Under the pieces are notes generated by a model. It was not told where the DNA came from. It did no database searches and saw nothing but the letters and a program-made list of their open reading frames with translations. Shown here piece after piece: positions 46,616-54,947 of a stretch of 64,000 nucleotides of DNA. The translations under genes and the position numbers were made by a program. Within the stretch, counting starts at the first letter, position 1. Every line of letters begins with the position of its first letter. Origin of the DNA: Candidatus Marinacidobacterium sp. (GTDB lineage Bacteria > Acidobacteriota > Vicinamibacteria > Marinacidobacterales > Marinacidobacteraceae); contig OZ244852.1 of assembly GCA_965220965.1 (NCBI GenBank), forward strand, positions 824,621-888,620, given 5' to 3'.

Positions 46616-49600
46616 ATGGAGACCCTCGGGCTCGACCCCACTCCCCGCAGTCCTTTCGAACCGACGCCCGGGGAGCGGTATGAGGAGCTGATCCGGGTCA
46701 TCCGGCGCGTGCGCTCGCGCTGGCGCACCCGGCGGCTGCTCCTCGGCGGCGCGGCGCTCGCGGTGGCGGGGGTGGTGCTGGTCGGCGGTTCGTCGGCCAT
46801 CCTCGAGGCGGCGCGCTATGCGCCGTGGGCGGTCCGGGGGCTCGCGGCGCTGACCTGGACGCTGCTCGCCATCGCGGTCTGGCGGTTCGTTGCGAGGCCG
46901 CTCCGCTCCCGGGTGAGCGACCGGCGGGTCGCGCTCTACGTCGAGGAGCACGACCCGACGCTTCGCGAGGCGGTCATCAGCGGCGTCGAGCTGGGGAAGG
47001 AGCTCGACCACAAGGGAGGGGCGAGGCCGGGGTTCTCCCCGGAGCTGACCCGGCTGGTCGTCGAGGAGGCGATCCGGCGCTGTGAGGAGATGGACGCCGG
47101 CCGGAACATCGAGACCGGCGGCCTCCGCCGCGCCGCGGGCGCGCTCGCCACCGCGGTGGGCGTGGCCTTCGTGGCCTCCATCCTCGCGCCGTCCGACCTC
47201 TGGCGCGGGGTTTCGCTGCTGGTCGCTCCCTGGGGGGACATCGACGACCGGAACCCCTACCGGGTTCTCGTCGAGCCGGGCGATGCGGCGATCGCGCGGG
47301 GATCCGACATGTGGATCTCGGCGACCCTCGAGGGCTTCGACACCGAGAGGGTGGATCTCCACCTCCAGGCGGCGGACGGGGAAGGCTGGGAGGTCCTCGG
47401 GATGACTCCGGACCCCGAAGCGGGCGGGTTCCGCCATCTGCTGCTTGGCGTGCCGGAGGCCACCGATTACTTCGTCGACGCCGATGGCGTCCGGTCCCCG
47501 ACCTTCCGGATCGAGGTTGAGGACGCGCCCTACGTGGCGCGCATCGGGGTGCGCTACGAGTATCCGGCGCACACCGGGCTGACGCCGCGCGAGGTCGAAG
47601 AGGGCGGCGACCTGGTCGCGGTCGGGGGCACCCGGGTCACGCTCCACGTGGAGTCGACGATCCCGGCGTCCAGCGGCGTGCTGCGGCTGGATCCGGGTGA
47701 AGAAGAGCTGCCGCTCGTTCCGGTGGCGCCCGACGAAGAGGCCGCGCCGGCCGGAAGCCGTCCGGCGATGACCGCCGAACTCGTGCTGCGCGAGAGCGGC
47801 GCCTACCGGATCTCGCTCGCCGGCCCGGATGGCGCGCTCCGGACCGCCTCGCGCGACTACCGCATCGAGGTGCTGGAGGATCTCCCCCCGATCGTCCGGT
47901 TCCTGCGGCCCGGAAGGGATCTGACCTCGAGTCCGGTGGAGGAGGTCTTCACCGAGGTCGCCGCCGAGGACGACTTCGCGCTGGACCGGGTCGAGATCCG
48001 GCTCTCGGTCAACGGGGGAGAGGAGAGCGGGTTCGTGCTGGCTTCGGGCGGCGCCCGTTCCGAAGTCCAGTCGGGGCACACCATCTTCCTCGAGGAGCAC
48101 GACCTCGTTCCCGGGGATCTCGTCTCGTATTACGCGCTGGCGCGCGACGGGGCCGGCGCCGAGTCCTCGACCGACATGTATTTCGTGGCGGTGCGGCCGT
48201 TCGACCGGACCTACCGCCAGGCGGATGCGATGCCCGGCGGTGGGGGCGGCGCCGGTGGCGGGGAAGGGCTCGACGGGACGCTCACCCTGCGGCAGCGGCA
48301 GATCGTGGTGGCGACCTTCAAGGTGCTGCGCGACCGCGAGCGGATGACCGACGCGGCGGTTTCGGAGACGGTCGCCACGCTCGGGCTCGCCCAGGGCCGG
48401 CTCCGCGAGCAGGTCGGCACGCTGAACCGGCGGCTCCAGAACCGCGGCATCGGCCTCTCGCCGGAGTTCGGCGAGATCGTCCAGCACCTCGACGCCGGGC
48501 TCATCGAGATGACAGCCGCCGAGGAGTCCCTGGTCGGCGGCGACCCGGAGGCCGCGCTCCCGAGGGAACAGAAGGCCTTGACCCACCTGCAGCGCGCCGA
48601 CGCAGTGTTCCGGGATGTCCAGGTCGCCTTCAACCAGGGCGGCGGTGGAGGCGGTGGCGGCGGCGCTCCGCCCCAGGCGGAGGATCTGGCCGATCTCTTC
48701 GAGCTCGAGATGGACAAGCTCCGGAACCAGTACGAGACGGTGGAGCAGTCCCAGCGGGCTTCGTCCGACAACGAGGTGGACGAGATCCTCGAACGGCTCG
48801 CGGAGCTGGCGCGCCGTCAGGAGCAGGAGAACGAGCGGCTCCGCCGGGGCATGCAGGCGCCTCCCGGCGCGGGCGGCGGCAACGGGCAGGATCAGCTCGC
48901 CGCCGAGACCGAGGACATGGCCCGCCGGCTGGAGCGCCTCGCCCGTGAGCGGTCCCGTCCGGACCTCGCGGCCGTCTCCCGGCGCCTGCGGGAAGCGGCC
49001 TCGGAGATGCGGGCGGCGAACAGCCGGAACCCCGGCGAGGGCCTCGAGAGCGGCATGTCGGCCGCCAGTTCGCTGCGCGGCGCGCGGCGCGATCTGGACC
49101 GCGGGCGGCGGGATCGTCTCGCTCGCGACGTGGAGTCCGCCGAGGAGGAGGCCAAGCGCCTCCGGTCGGCGCAGGACCGGATCCGTTCGGCGGTGCAGGA
49201 TCTCGAGGGCGAGCGGACCCGCCAGGCCGTCGACGCGATCTCGGAGCAGAAGGAAGAGCTTGTGGAGCGCGTCCAGGATCTGGAGCGGCGCCTCGACGAG
49301 GTCAGCCGCGACTGGAGCGGCGACGAGCCCGAGGCCGCGCGCGCGGTGGGCGCCGCCGCCGACGGCATCCGCGACCGGAAACTGAAGGAGAAGATCCACT
49401 ACTCCCGGGGGGTGGCCGCCCAGCGCTCGACCGACTACGCCGACCAGTTCGAGGAGATGATCGGCCGCGACCTCGAGGCGCTCGAGGAAGATCTCGCCTC
49501 CGCGCGCCGCGCGGTCGAGGGCTCGGACCGGGCGGAGCAGGATTCGGTGCTCGAGCGCGCCGAGTCGCTGGTGCGCGGTCTGGAGGCCATGCGGAACCGG

Positions 49601-50161
49601 CTCGCCGAACGCAAGGAGCCGGGACGCGAGAGCCGGGAGGGGCAGGAGGGCTCGTCCGGGCAGCAGGGTGAGGCGCAATCCGGAGAGGGCCAATCTGGCG
49701 AGGGGCAGTTCGGGGAAGGACAGGCCGGCGAGGGGCAGCCCGGGGAAGCGGCCTCCCGGCAGGCCGATGGGCGCGGTGGAGGCGGCGGCCCCGGCGGATC
49801 CCGCAACGAAGTCCGCCAGCTCCGGAGCGAACTGGACCGCCGGGTCCGCGACGCCGAGGCGCTCCGGCGCGAGATGACCGGCATCGGCGCCTCCGGGGAG
49901 TTCGGCGCCGAGCGGCTGGATCAGGTCGCCGCCGCGCTCAGGGGACTGAACCCGGAGCGGCTCATCGGCGACCCCCGGGGCATGGAGATCCTCGAGGCCG
50001 AAGTCCTCGACACCCTGCGCGAGCTCGAGTTCGACCTGAGGCGGGCGCTCACCGGCGGCGAGGTCGCCGATGTCCTCACCGGGGACGCCGGCCGCGCCCC
50101 CGAGGCCTACCGCGAGATGGTCGAGGAGTACTTCCGCAACCTGAGCCGCAACCCGGGGTAG
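46616..50161 (+). CDS. Very large membrane-anchored coiled-coil protein (DUF4175-like) with low-complexity Gly and GEGQx repeats
   Basis: 1181 aa. Two N-terminal TM helices after RRVRSRWRTRRLLLGGAALAVAG, then VALYVEEHDPTLREAVISGVEL (as in DUF4175 proteins of MoxR/Bat clusters). Long Arg/Glu-rich helical C-half. The family name is from memory only. Confidence 0.6.
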   Translation: METLGLDPTPRSPFEPTPGERYEELIRVIRRVRSRWRTRRLLLGGAALAVAGVVLVGGSSAILEAARYAPWAVRGLAALTWTLLAIAVWRFVARPLRSRVSDRRVALYVEEHDPTLREAVISGVELGKELDHKGGARPGFSPELTRLVVEEAIRRCEEMDAGRNIETGGLRRAAGALATAVGVAFVASILAPSDLWRGVSLLVAPWGDIDDRNPYRVLVEPGDAAIARGSDMWISATLEGFDTERVDLHLQAADGEGWEVLGMTPDPEAGGFRHLLLGVPEATDYFVDADGVRSPTFRIEVEDAPYVARIGVRYEYPAHTGLTPREVEEGGDLVAVGGTRVTLHVESTIPASSGVLRLDPGEEELPLVPVAPDEEAAPAGSRPAMTAELVLRESGAYRISLAGPDGALRTASRDYRIEVLEDLPPIVRFLRPGRDLTSSPVEEVFTEVAAEDDFALDRVEIRLSVNGGEESGFVLASGGARSEVQSGHTIFLEEHDLVPGDLVSYYALARDGAGAESSTDMYFVAVRPFDRTYRQADAMPGGGGGAGGGEGLDGTLTLRQRQIVVATFKVLRDRERMTDAAVSETVATLGLAQGRLREQVGTLNRRLQNRGIGLSPEFGEIVQHLDAGLIEMTAAEESLVGGDPEAALPREQKALTHLQRADAVFRDVQVAFNQGGGGGGGGGAPPQAEDLADLFELEMDKLRNQYETVEQSQRASSDNEVDEILERLAELARRQEQENERLRRGMQAPPGAGGGNGQDQLAAETEDMARRLERLARERSRPDLAAVSRRLREAASEMRAANSRNPGEGLESGMSAASSLRGARRDLDRGRRDRLARDVESAEEEAKRLRSAQDRIRSAVQDLEGERTRQAVDAISEQKEELVERVQDLERRLDEVSRDWSGDEPEAARAVGAAADGIRDRKLKEKIHYSRGVAAQRSTDYADQFEEMIGRDLEALEEDLASARRAVEGSDRAEQDSVLERAESLVRGLEAMRNRLAERKEPGRESREGQEGSSGQQGEAQSGEGQSGEGQFGEGQAGEGQPGEAASRQADGRGGGGGPGGSRNEVRQLRSELDRRVRDAEALRREMTGIGASGEFGAERLDQVAAALRGLNPERLIGDPRGMEILEAEVLDTLRELEFDLRRALTGGEVADVLTGDAGRAPEAYREMVEEYFRNLSRNPG
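49667..49741 (+). repeat. In-frame 15-nt tandem repeat encoding (G-E-G/A-Q-x)x5
   Basis: ggtgaggcgcaatcc ggagagggccaatct ggcgaggggcagttc ggggaaggacaggcc ggcgaggggcagccc = GEAQS GEGQS GEGQF GEGQA GEGQP inside the DUF4175-like CDS. Confidence 0.8.
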
Positions 50162-50440
50162 CCGGCCTGCCCGCGGTTACAGTGCGAGTGCGGAACAAGA
50201 CGGCGACATCGAGCGGCGAGGCGGCGGGAGTCCCACAGAGCCTCCCTTGGTGACGGGTTGGAGGGCGGAGCGCGACGCCATCCAGTCGAACCAGGCTCAG
50301 CTTGCGGTGACTCGGCTCCGTTGTGAGCGACCATCGGACCTCCAGACACTGCGACGGCGTTCCTTTTGTGGTCGTGGGATGCGGGCCGCCTTGGGACACG
50401 ATCTTGACCTCGATGAGTCAGACGAAATGAACTCTCAGCC

Positions 50441-52132
50441 GTGATTCGCGGAGTGTGGAGCGACTTCGGTCGGTGGAAGGATGGTTGGGATGAAATCCAG
50501 ACAGTGGGCGGCGGTGGACAGGGGAACGGTTACCGTGCGCGTCGCCAGTCAGATGGCCGGGAGGCCTTCGTCAAGGTGATCAAGTCCAAGCGCGACGCCG
50601 AGCGTCGGAGACGCTTCTTTCGCGAGGCGACAGCCTATGACACGGTTCGCAGCAGTGGCGTTCCGCGACTGATCGAGAGCAACGCCCATCTCCACGAAGC
50701 CGCAGAGATCGAGCCGTATATCGCGACAGAGTTCATCGAGGGGCCAACGTTGAGAATCTGGCGGGACGGACGGCATGAGGTTGAACTCGCCACCGCCCTA
50801 AGATTGGTCCGGTCTCTCCTCGCGGCGATCGGCGACTGTCACCACGGCGGTGTCGTTCACCGCGACATCAAGCCAGACAACATCATCCTGAGAGGTGGGA
50901 ATCCGTCCCAGCCTGTGCTTCTGGATTTTGGCCTGAGCTTCAAGGTGACGCAGACCAGTGAGGCCGTGACCGAAGACGGGCAGGAAATCGGCAATCGTTT
51001 TCTGCGCTTGCATGAGCTCTCCGCCGGTAGTCAACTTAAGCAGGATCCCCGGTCGGACTTGTCGTTTGCTGGTGGAATCCTGTTCTACTCCCTGACGGGC
51101 AGGAATCCCGACATCCCAGAGGATGCGGAGGGTCGTCTCCCTCACCAACGGAGGGATGTGCGTTCGCAGCTTCGACACATCGCCGGTGAGCGGTTGGAGC
51201 GGTTGCTGTCCATATTCGACAGCGCCTTCGCACCAAGAATCCACGACCGGTTCGTGAACGTCGAGGCAATGGTTGCAAGTCTGGAGAACCTCACGGAATC
51301 GCGGCGTGTTGTGGTGGGCACGTTGGATCATGATCGAGACGCCATCCGTGAGGCGTTGAACACTGCGTCGGCACAGCGGTCATCAGAGAGTCTTGACAGA
51401 CTCACGCACGCTCTCGAAGAGCTGCATCGAGTTGACGATGAAGCAGCGACGTGGTTGGACTGTCCTCTAACTCTGACACGAGGCGGACGGCACGTAGATG
51501 CCGACTTGGGAAGAAACACTGTGTCCTGGCGTAAGCGAGGAATGACCGACGATGTGTTACGAGTACAGCAGGAGGTCCGGGAGGTAGGCGGTGAACTCGT
51601 CATCAAGCTGTCGGGCGAAGCGGTCTGGCGGACGGCGGTGAACGCACCGACGTATGGAGAGTGCTTTGCCGAGAGAATTCGGAGATGGCTGGTCGGGAGA
51701 CTCCGCGAGGCTATCGCGAATCCGGAGGCGCTGCCGCCCGAGGCCAGCTATTTCCAGGAAGAGCCGCCGCTCGGGTCGCTAACGGAAGCGCAGGAGCGAG
51801 CGCGCCGAGAGGACCGCCACGTTCTGGCGTTCGTGTATGACCCGGCGCAGAAGGAGCGCGGCGAACGCGGCAAATTGGAGTGGTGTCTGAGCAACTTCCT
51901 TGAGAACCGCAGGACGCGCGAAACGCTCCGCGCAGCGTTTGTTCTAGCGCTCGTGCCACTGTCTCAAGTAAGTGCGGTCACAGACGAGCTCAGTGGCGAG
52001 TCGATGGAGACTTCACGCTGGGTCGTCTTTGATGCGGACCTCGCACCCAAGCGGCACGAAGTCATCTATGCGAACCCGCAGATGGCGGAGAGTCTCGCCG
52101 GTGAGCTGTCCGACGAGTTCGGTCGCCGATAG
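50441..52132 (+). CDS. Ser/Thr protein kinase domain fused to an uncharacterised ~290-aa C-terminal region
   Basis: GTG start. G-loop GGGGQGNGY, EAFVKVIK (VAIK-like Lys), HRDIKPDNIIL (catalytic loop), DFGLSF (DFG). The C-terminal half has no motif I recognise. The gene is visibly lower in GC than its flanks. Confidence 0.8.
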   Translation: MIRGVWSDFGRWKDGWDEIQTVGGGGQGNGYRARRQSDGREAFVKVIKSKRDAERRRRFFREATAYDTVRSSGVPRLIESNAHLHEAAEIEPYIATEFIEGPTLRIWRDGRHEVELATALRLVRSLLAAIGDCHHGGVVHRDIKPDNIILRGGNPSQPVLLDFGLSFKVTQTSEAVTEDGQEIGNRFLRLHELSAGSQLKQDPRSDLSFAGGILFYSLTGRNPDIPEDAEGRLPHQRRDVRSQLRHIAGERLERLLSIFDSAFAPRIHDRFVNVEAMVASLENLTESRRVVVGTLDHDRDAIREALNTASAQRSSESLDRLTHALEELHRVDDEAATWLDCPLTLTRGGRHVDADLGRNTVSWRKRGMTDDVLRVQQEVREVGGELVIKLSGEAVWRTAVNAPTYGECFAERIRRWLVGRLREAIANPEALPPEASYFQEEPPLGSLTEAQERARREDRHVLAFVYDPAQKERGERGKLEWCLSNFLENRRTRETLRAAFVLALVPLSQVSAVTDELSGESMETSRWVVFDADLAPKRHEVIYANPQMAESLAGELSDEFGRR

Positions 52133-52349
52133 GTCGGTACCAACGGGCCTGGTCCGGCGTCTGCTCGCGATGCCGTCCGCTGCTGTTGGGGTACAGGCCT
52201 CGCTCGAACGATCCCCGACGCCGGGCGGCCCGTGCGATGCGGGGGCTCCATCTCCGTCCGACGCGCAGGCGCAAAGCGCCGCGGATGAGGCACCCGGTCA
52301 CGGGATGTCCCAGACTCGCCTCGGCGGGCTGGCGGCGTCCCGGCCCCCG

Positions 52350-52841
52350 TCAGGACGACGTGTGGTCGTGGGCGATCCGGAGGCCCTCGGGGGTCTTCTC
52401 GAAGAGGAGCGTGAAGAGGCCGGTCGGGGCGTCGGCCTCGCGCTCCAGGTTGTAGCGCCCGAACACGAACACGAACTCCGGCGACAGCACCCGGATGTCG
52501 AGGTCGGAGAAGTGGAGCTGGCCCATGGCGGCCCGGTCGGGGTAGTTGGTCTGGTAGCGCTCGAGCAGATCCGCGGTTCCCATCCGCACCGTGTTGCCCG
52601 AGACGAACCGCATCCGGGGTGAGTCGAGGTAGTCGCTGACGAAGGTCGGCAGGTCCCCCTCGTTCCAGGCCCGGGTCTGGCGTTCGAGCACCTCGCGGAC
52701 TTCGGCGGCGAGGGCGTCGCGCTCCTCGGTCGTGAGCGCGACCCGGGTCGGGGCGGCGGAGGTGGTCTCCGGCGGGGCCGCGCCCGGCCCGGCGCAGGCC
52801 AGCGAGAGCAGCAGGAGCGAGGCGGGAAGAACGTGTCGCAT
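52350..52841 (-). CDS. SnoaL-like / DUF4440 (NTF2-fold) lipoprotein
   Basis: Lipobox LLLLSLACAG. ERQTRAWNEGDLPTFVSDY ... typical NTF2-like pattern. 163 aa. Confidence 0.65.
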   Translation of the reverse strand: MRHVLPASLLLLSLACAGPGAAPPETTSAAPTRVALTTEERDALAAEVREVLERQTRAWNEGDLPTFVSDYLDSPRMRFVSGNTVRMGTADLLERYQTNYPDRAAMGQLHFSDLDIRVLSPEFVFVFGRYNLEREADAPTGLFTLLFEKTPEGLRIAHDHTSS

Positions 52842-52901
52842 CTGGAGAGACTACAGAACCCCCGCGCTACGATTCGTTCCCGGTTCGGGGAGGAGTTTGC
52901 G

Positions 52902-53999
52902 ATGGCGCTTTATGGAAATTCGGGAGGCAACGGGCCGTGGGATCGGTCCGGCGGCTCCCGCCCGGAGGTCCCGGGGCTCCAGGATCTGGAGGCCCTGATC
53001 TCCCGGTTCGGCGGGATGCGCCGGGCGATCGGATGGGGGGCCGGCGGACTCGCCGCGCTCATCCTGTTCTTCGCCTCGGTCTACCAGATCCAGCCCGACG
53101 AGGCCGGGGTCGTCACCCGGTTCGGCCGCTACGTCCGGGTGAGCGATCCGGGGCTCCACTTCATCGTCCCCTTCGTGGAGAACGTCACGAAGGTCCCGGT
53201 GGAGCGGCAGCTCAAGGAGGAGTTCGGCTTCCGCACCGCGGAGGCGGGCGTCCGCACGGTCTACGACCAGCGGAACTTCCTCGAGGAGTCGCTCATGCTG
53301 ACCGGCGACCTGAACGTCGCCGTCGTCGAGTGGATCGTCCAGTTCAAGGTGCAGGACCCCCGGGCCTACCTCTTCAACGTCCGGGACATCCAGTCCACCT
53401 TCCGCGACATGAGCGAGGCGGCGATGCGGGACGTCGTCGGCGACCACAGCGTGGATGAGGTCCTCACCGTCGGACGCGAGCGGATCGCGGCCCAGGCGAA
53501 GGACCTGCTCCAGGACATGAACGACCGCTACGAGACCGGGATCAGCGTCCAGCAGCTCGTGCTTCAGGACGTGAACCCGCCCGACCTCGTGAAGCCTTCC
53601 TTCAACGAAGTGAACGAGGCGATCCAGGAGAAGGAGCGGCTCACCAACGAGGCCCTCGCCGAATACAACCAGGCGATCCCGAGAGCCCGGGGTGACGCCC
53701 AGCGCGTCATCCAGGAGGCCGAGGGATACGCCGCCGAGCGGGTGAACCGCGCCCAGGGCGAGGCCACCCGGTTCGAGGCGATCTACGCCGAGTACCGGAA
53801 CGCGCCGAGGGTGACCCGGTCGCGGATGTACCTCGAGACGCTCTCCGAGGTCATGCCGAAGCTTGGCCAGAAGGTCATCCTCGACGAGAGCGGCGCGAAC
53901 GTGCTCCCGCTCCTGAACCTGACGAACGGACAGTCGCCGGCCCGGCCCAGCGGCTCGTCCGGCGGACCGGGGAACGACCCCGGGGAGGACCGGCGATGA
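52902..53999 (+). CDS. hflK: FtsH protease modulator HflK (SPFH/band-7)
   Basis: ATG at 52902 preceded by GGGGAGGAG. TM helix then YQIQPDEAGVVTRFGRYVRVSDPGLHFIVPF..., and a C-terminal EAEGYAAERVNRAQGEATRF. Followed by hflC with an ATGA overlap. Confidence 0.9.
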   Translation: MALYGNSGGNGPWDRSGGSRPEVPGLQDLEALISRFGGMRRAIGWGAGGLAALILFFASVYQIQPDEAGVVTRFGRYVRVSDPGLHFIVPFVENVTKVPVERQLKEEFGFRTAEAGVRTVYDQRNFLEESLMLTGDLNVAVVEWIVQFKVQDPRAYLFNVRDIQSTFRDMSEAAMRDVVGDHSVDEVLTVGRERIAAQAKDLLQDMNDRYETGISVQQLVLQDVNPPDLVKPSFNEVNEAIQEKERLTNEALAEYNQAIPRARGDAQRVIQEAEGYAAERVNRAQGEATRFEAIYAEYRNAPRVTRSRMYLETLSEVMPKLGQKVILDESGANVLPLLNLTNGQSPARPSGSSGGPGNDPGEDRR

Positions 54000-54934
54000 A
54001 GACGCGCGGCATCACCCTCGCGGGATCGGTCCTCGGACTGGTCCTCCTCTTCGCATCCACCTACACGATCCGGGAGACCGAGCAGGCGATCATCACCCAG
54101 TTCGGCGAGCCGGTCGGCGGAGCGGTGACCGACCCCGGTCTCCACTTCAAGCTCCCCTTCATCCACACGGTGACCCGCTTCGACCAGCGCTGGCTGCCGT
54201 GGGACGGGGACGCGAACCAGATCACCACCCGCGACAAGAAGTTCATCTGGGTGGACACCTACGCCCGCTGGCGGATCTCGGACCCGCTGCTCTTCTTCCA
54301 GTCGGTGCGCGACGAACGCGGCGCGCAGAGCCGTCTCGACGACATCATCGACGGGGAGACCCGGAACGCGGTCGCGACCTACGACCTGATCGAGATCGTC
54401 CGGATCACGAACCGGGACTTCGAGATCACCGAGGACCTGGTCTCGTTCGCGAGCGAGGGCGAGGAGCCGGTGGGCGAGATTGAGTTCGGCAGGAACGCCA
54501 TCACCCGCAGCATCCTCGAGAAGGCGTCCGAGGTGACGCCCAGCTTCGGGATCGAGCTGGTGGATGTGCGGATCAAGCGCGTGAACTACGTCGAGGAGGT
54601 CCGCGCCAAGGTCTACGAGCGGATGATCTCCGAGCGCCAGCGGATCGCCGAGCGGAGCCGTTCCGAAGGGCAGGGAAGGGCCGCCGAGATCCGGGGCCAG
54701 CGCGAGCGCGAGCTCAAGTCGATCGAGTCGGAGGCGTTCCGGCAGGCCGAGGAGGTCCGCGGCCGCGCCGACGCCGAGGCCTCCGCGATCTACGCCAGCG
54801 CCTACCAGCGGGACGCCGACTTCTACCGCTTCATGAAGTCGCTCGAGACCTACCGGTCGGCGCTCGATGAGGGCGTGACGCTCGTCATCGGCAGCGACAG
54901 CGAGTTCCTCGACTTCCTCCGGCGTTCCCGCTAA
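53996..54934 (+). CDS. hflC: FtsH protease modulator HflC (SPFH/band-7)
   Basis: TM helix then YTIRETEQAIITQFGEPVGGAVTDPGLHFKLPFIHTV..., RAAEIRGQRERE..., YRFMKSLETY. Confidence 0.9.
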   Translation: MKTRGITLAGSVLGLVLLFASTYTIRETEQAIITQFGEPVGGAVTDPGLHFKLPFIHTVTRFDQRWLPWDGDANQITTRDKKFIWVDTYARWRISDPLLFFQSVRDERGAQSRLDDIIDGETRNAVATYDLIEIVRITNRDFEITEDLVSFASEGEEPVGEIEFGRNAITRSILEKASEVTPSFGIELVDVRIKRVNYVEEVRAKVYERMISERQRIAERSRSEGQGRAAEIRGQRERELKSIESEAFRQAEEVRGRADAEASAIYASAYQRDADFYRFMKSLETYRSALDEGVTLVIGSDSEFLDFLRRSR

Positions 54935-54947
54935 GCGGGCCGGGGCG

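Noticed and set aside
44465-49693. 1742-aa stop-free ORF on the minus strand spanning two genes and their spacer
   Set aside because: It is antisense to the BatA_N/VWA and DUF4175-like genes, which have clear motifs. Its product is an Arg/Gly/Pro/Asp-rich string with no motifs. When sense third codon positions are almost always G/C, the codon-aligned antisense frame rarely acquires T-initial stop codons. Very long shadow ORFs are therefore expected.
49667-49741. Short tandem repeats checked as a possible CRISPR or minisatellite
   Set aside because: They are contiguous, in frame and only 15 nt long, with no spacers. They form a coding pentapeptide repeat, not a CRISPR array.
50162-50440. GGTTCGACTGG-like string (minus strand, about 50285-50300) as a possible tRNA fragment or att site at the kinase island boundary
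   Set aside because: The stem halves do not pair (CCTGG versus GGATG) and there is no remaining tRNA structure. It was treated as coincidence.
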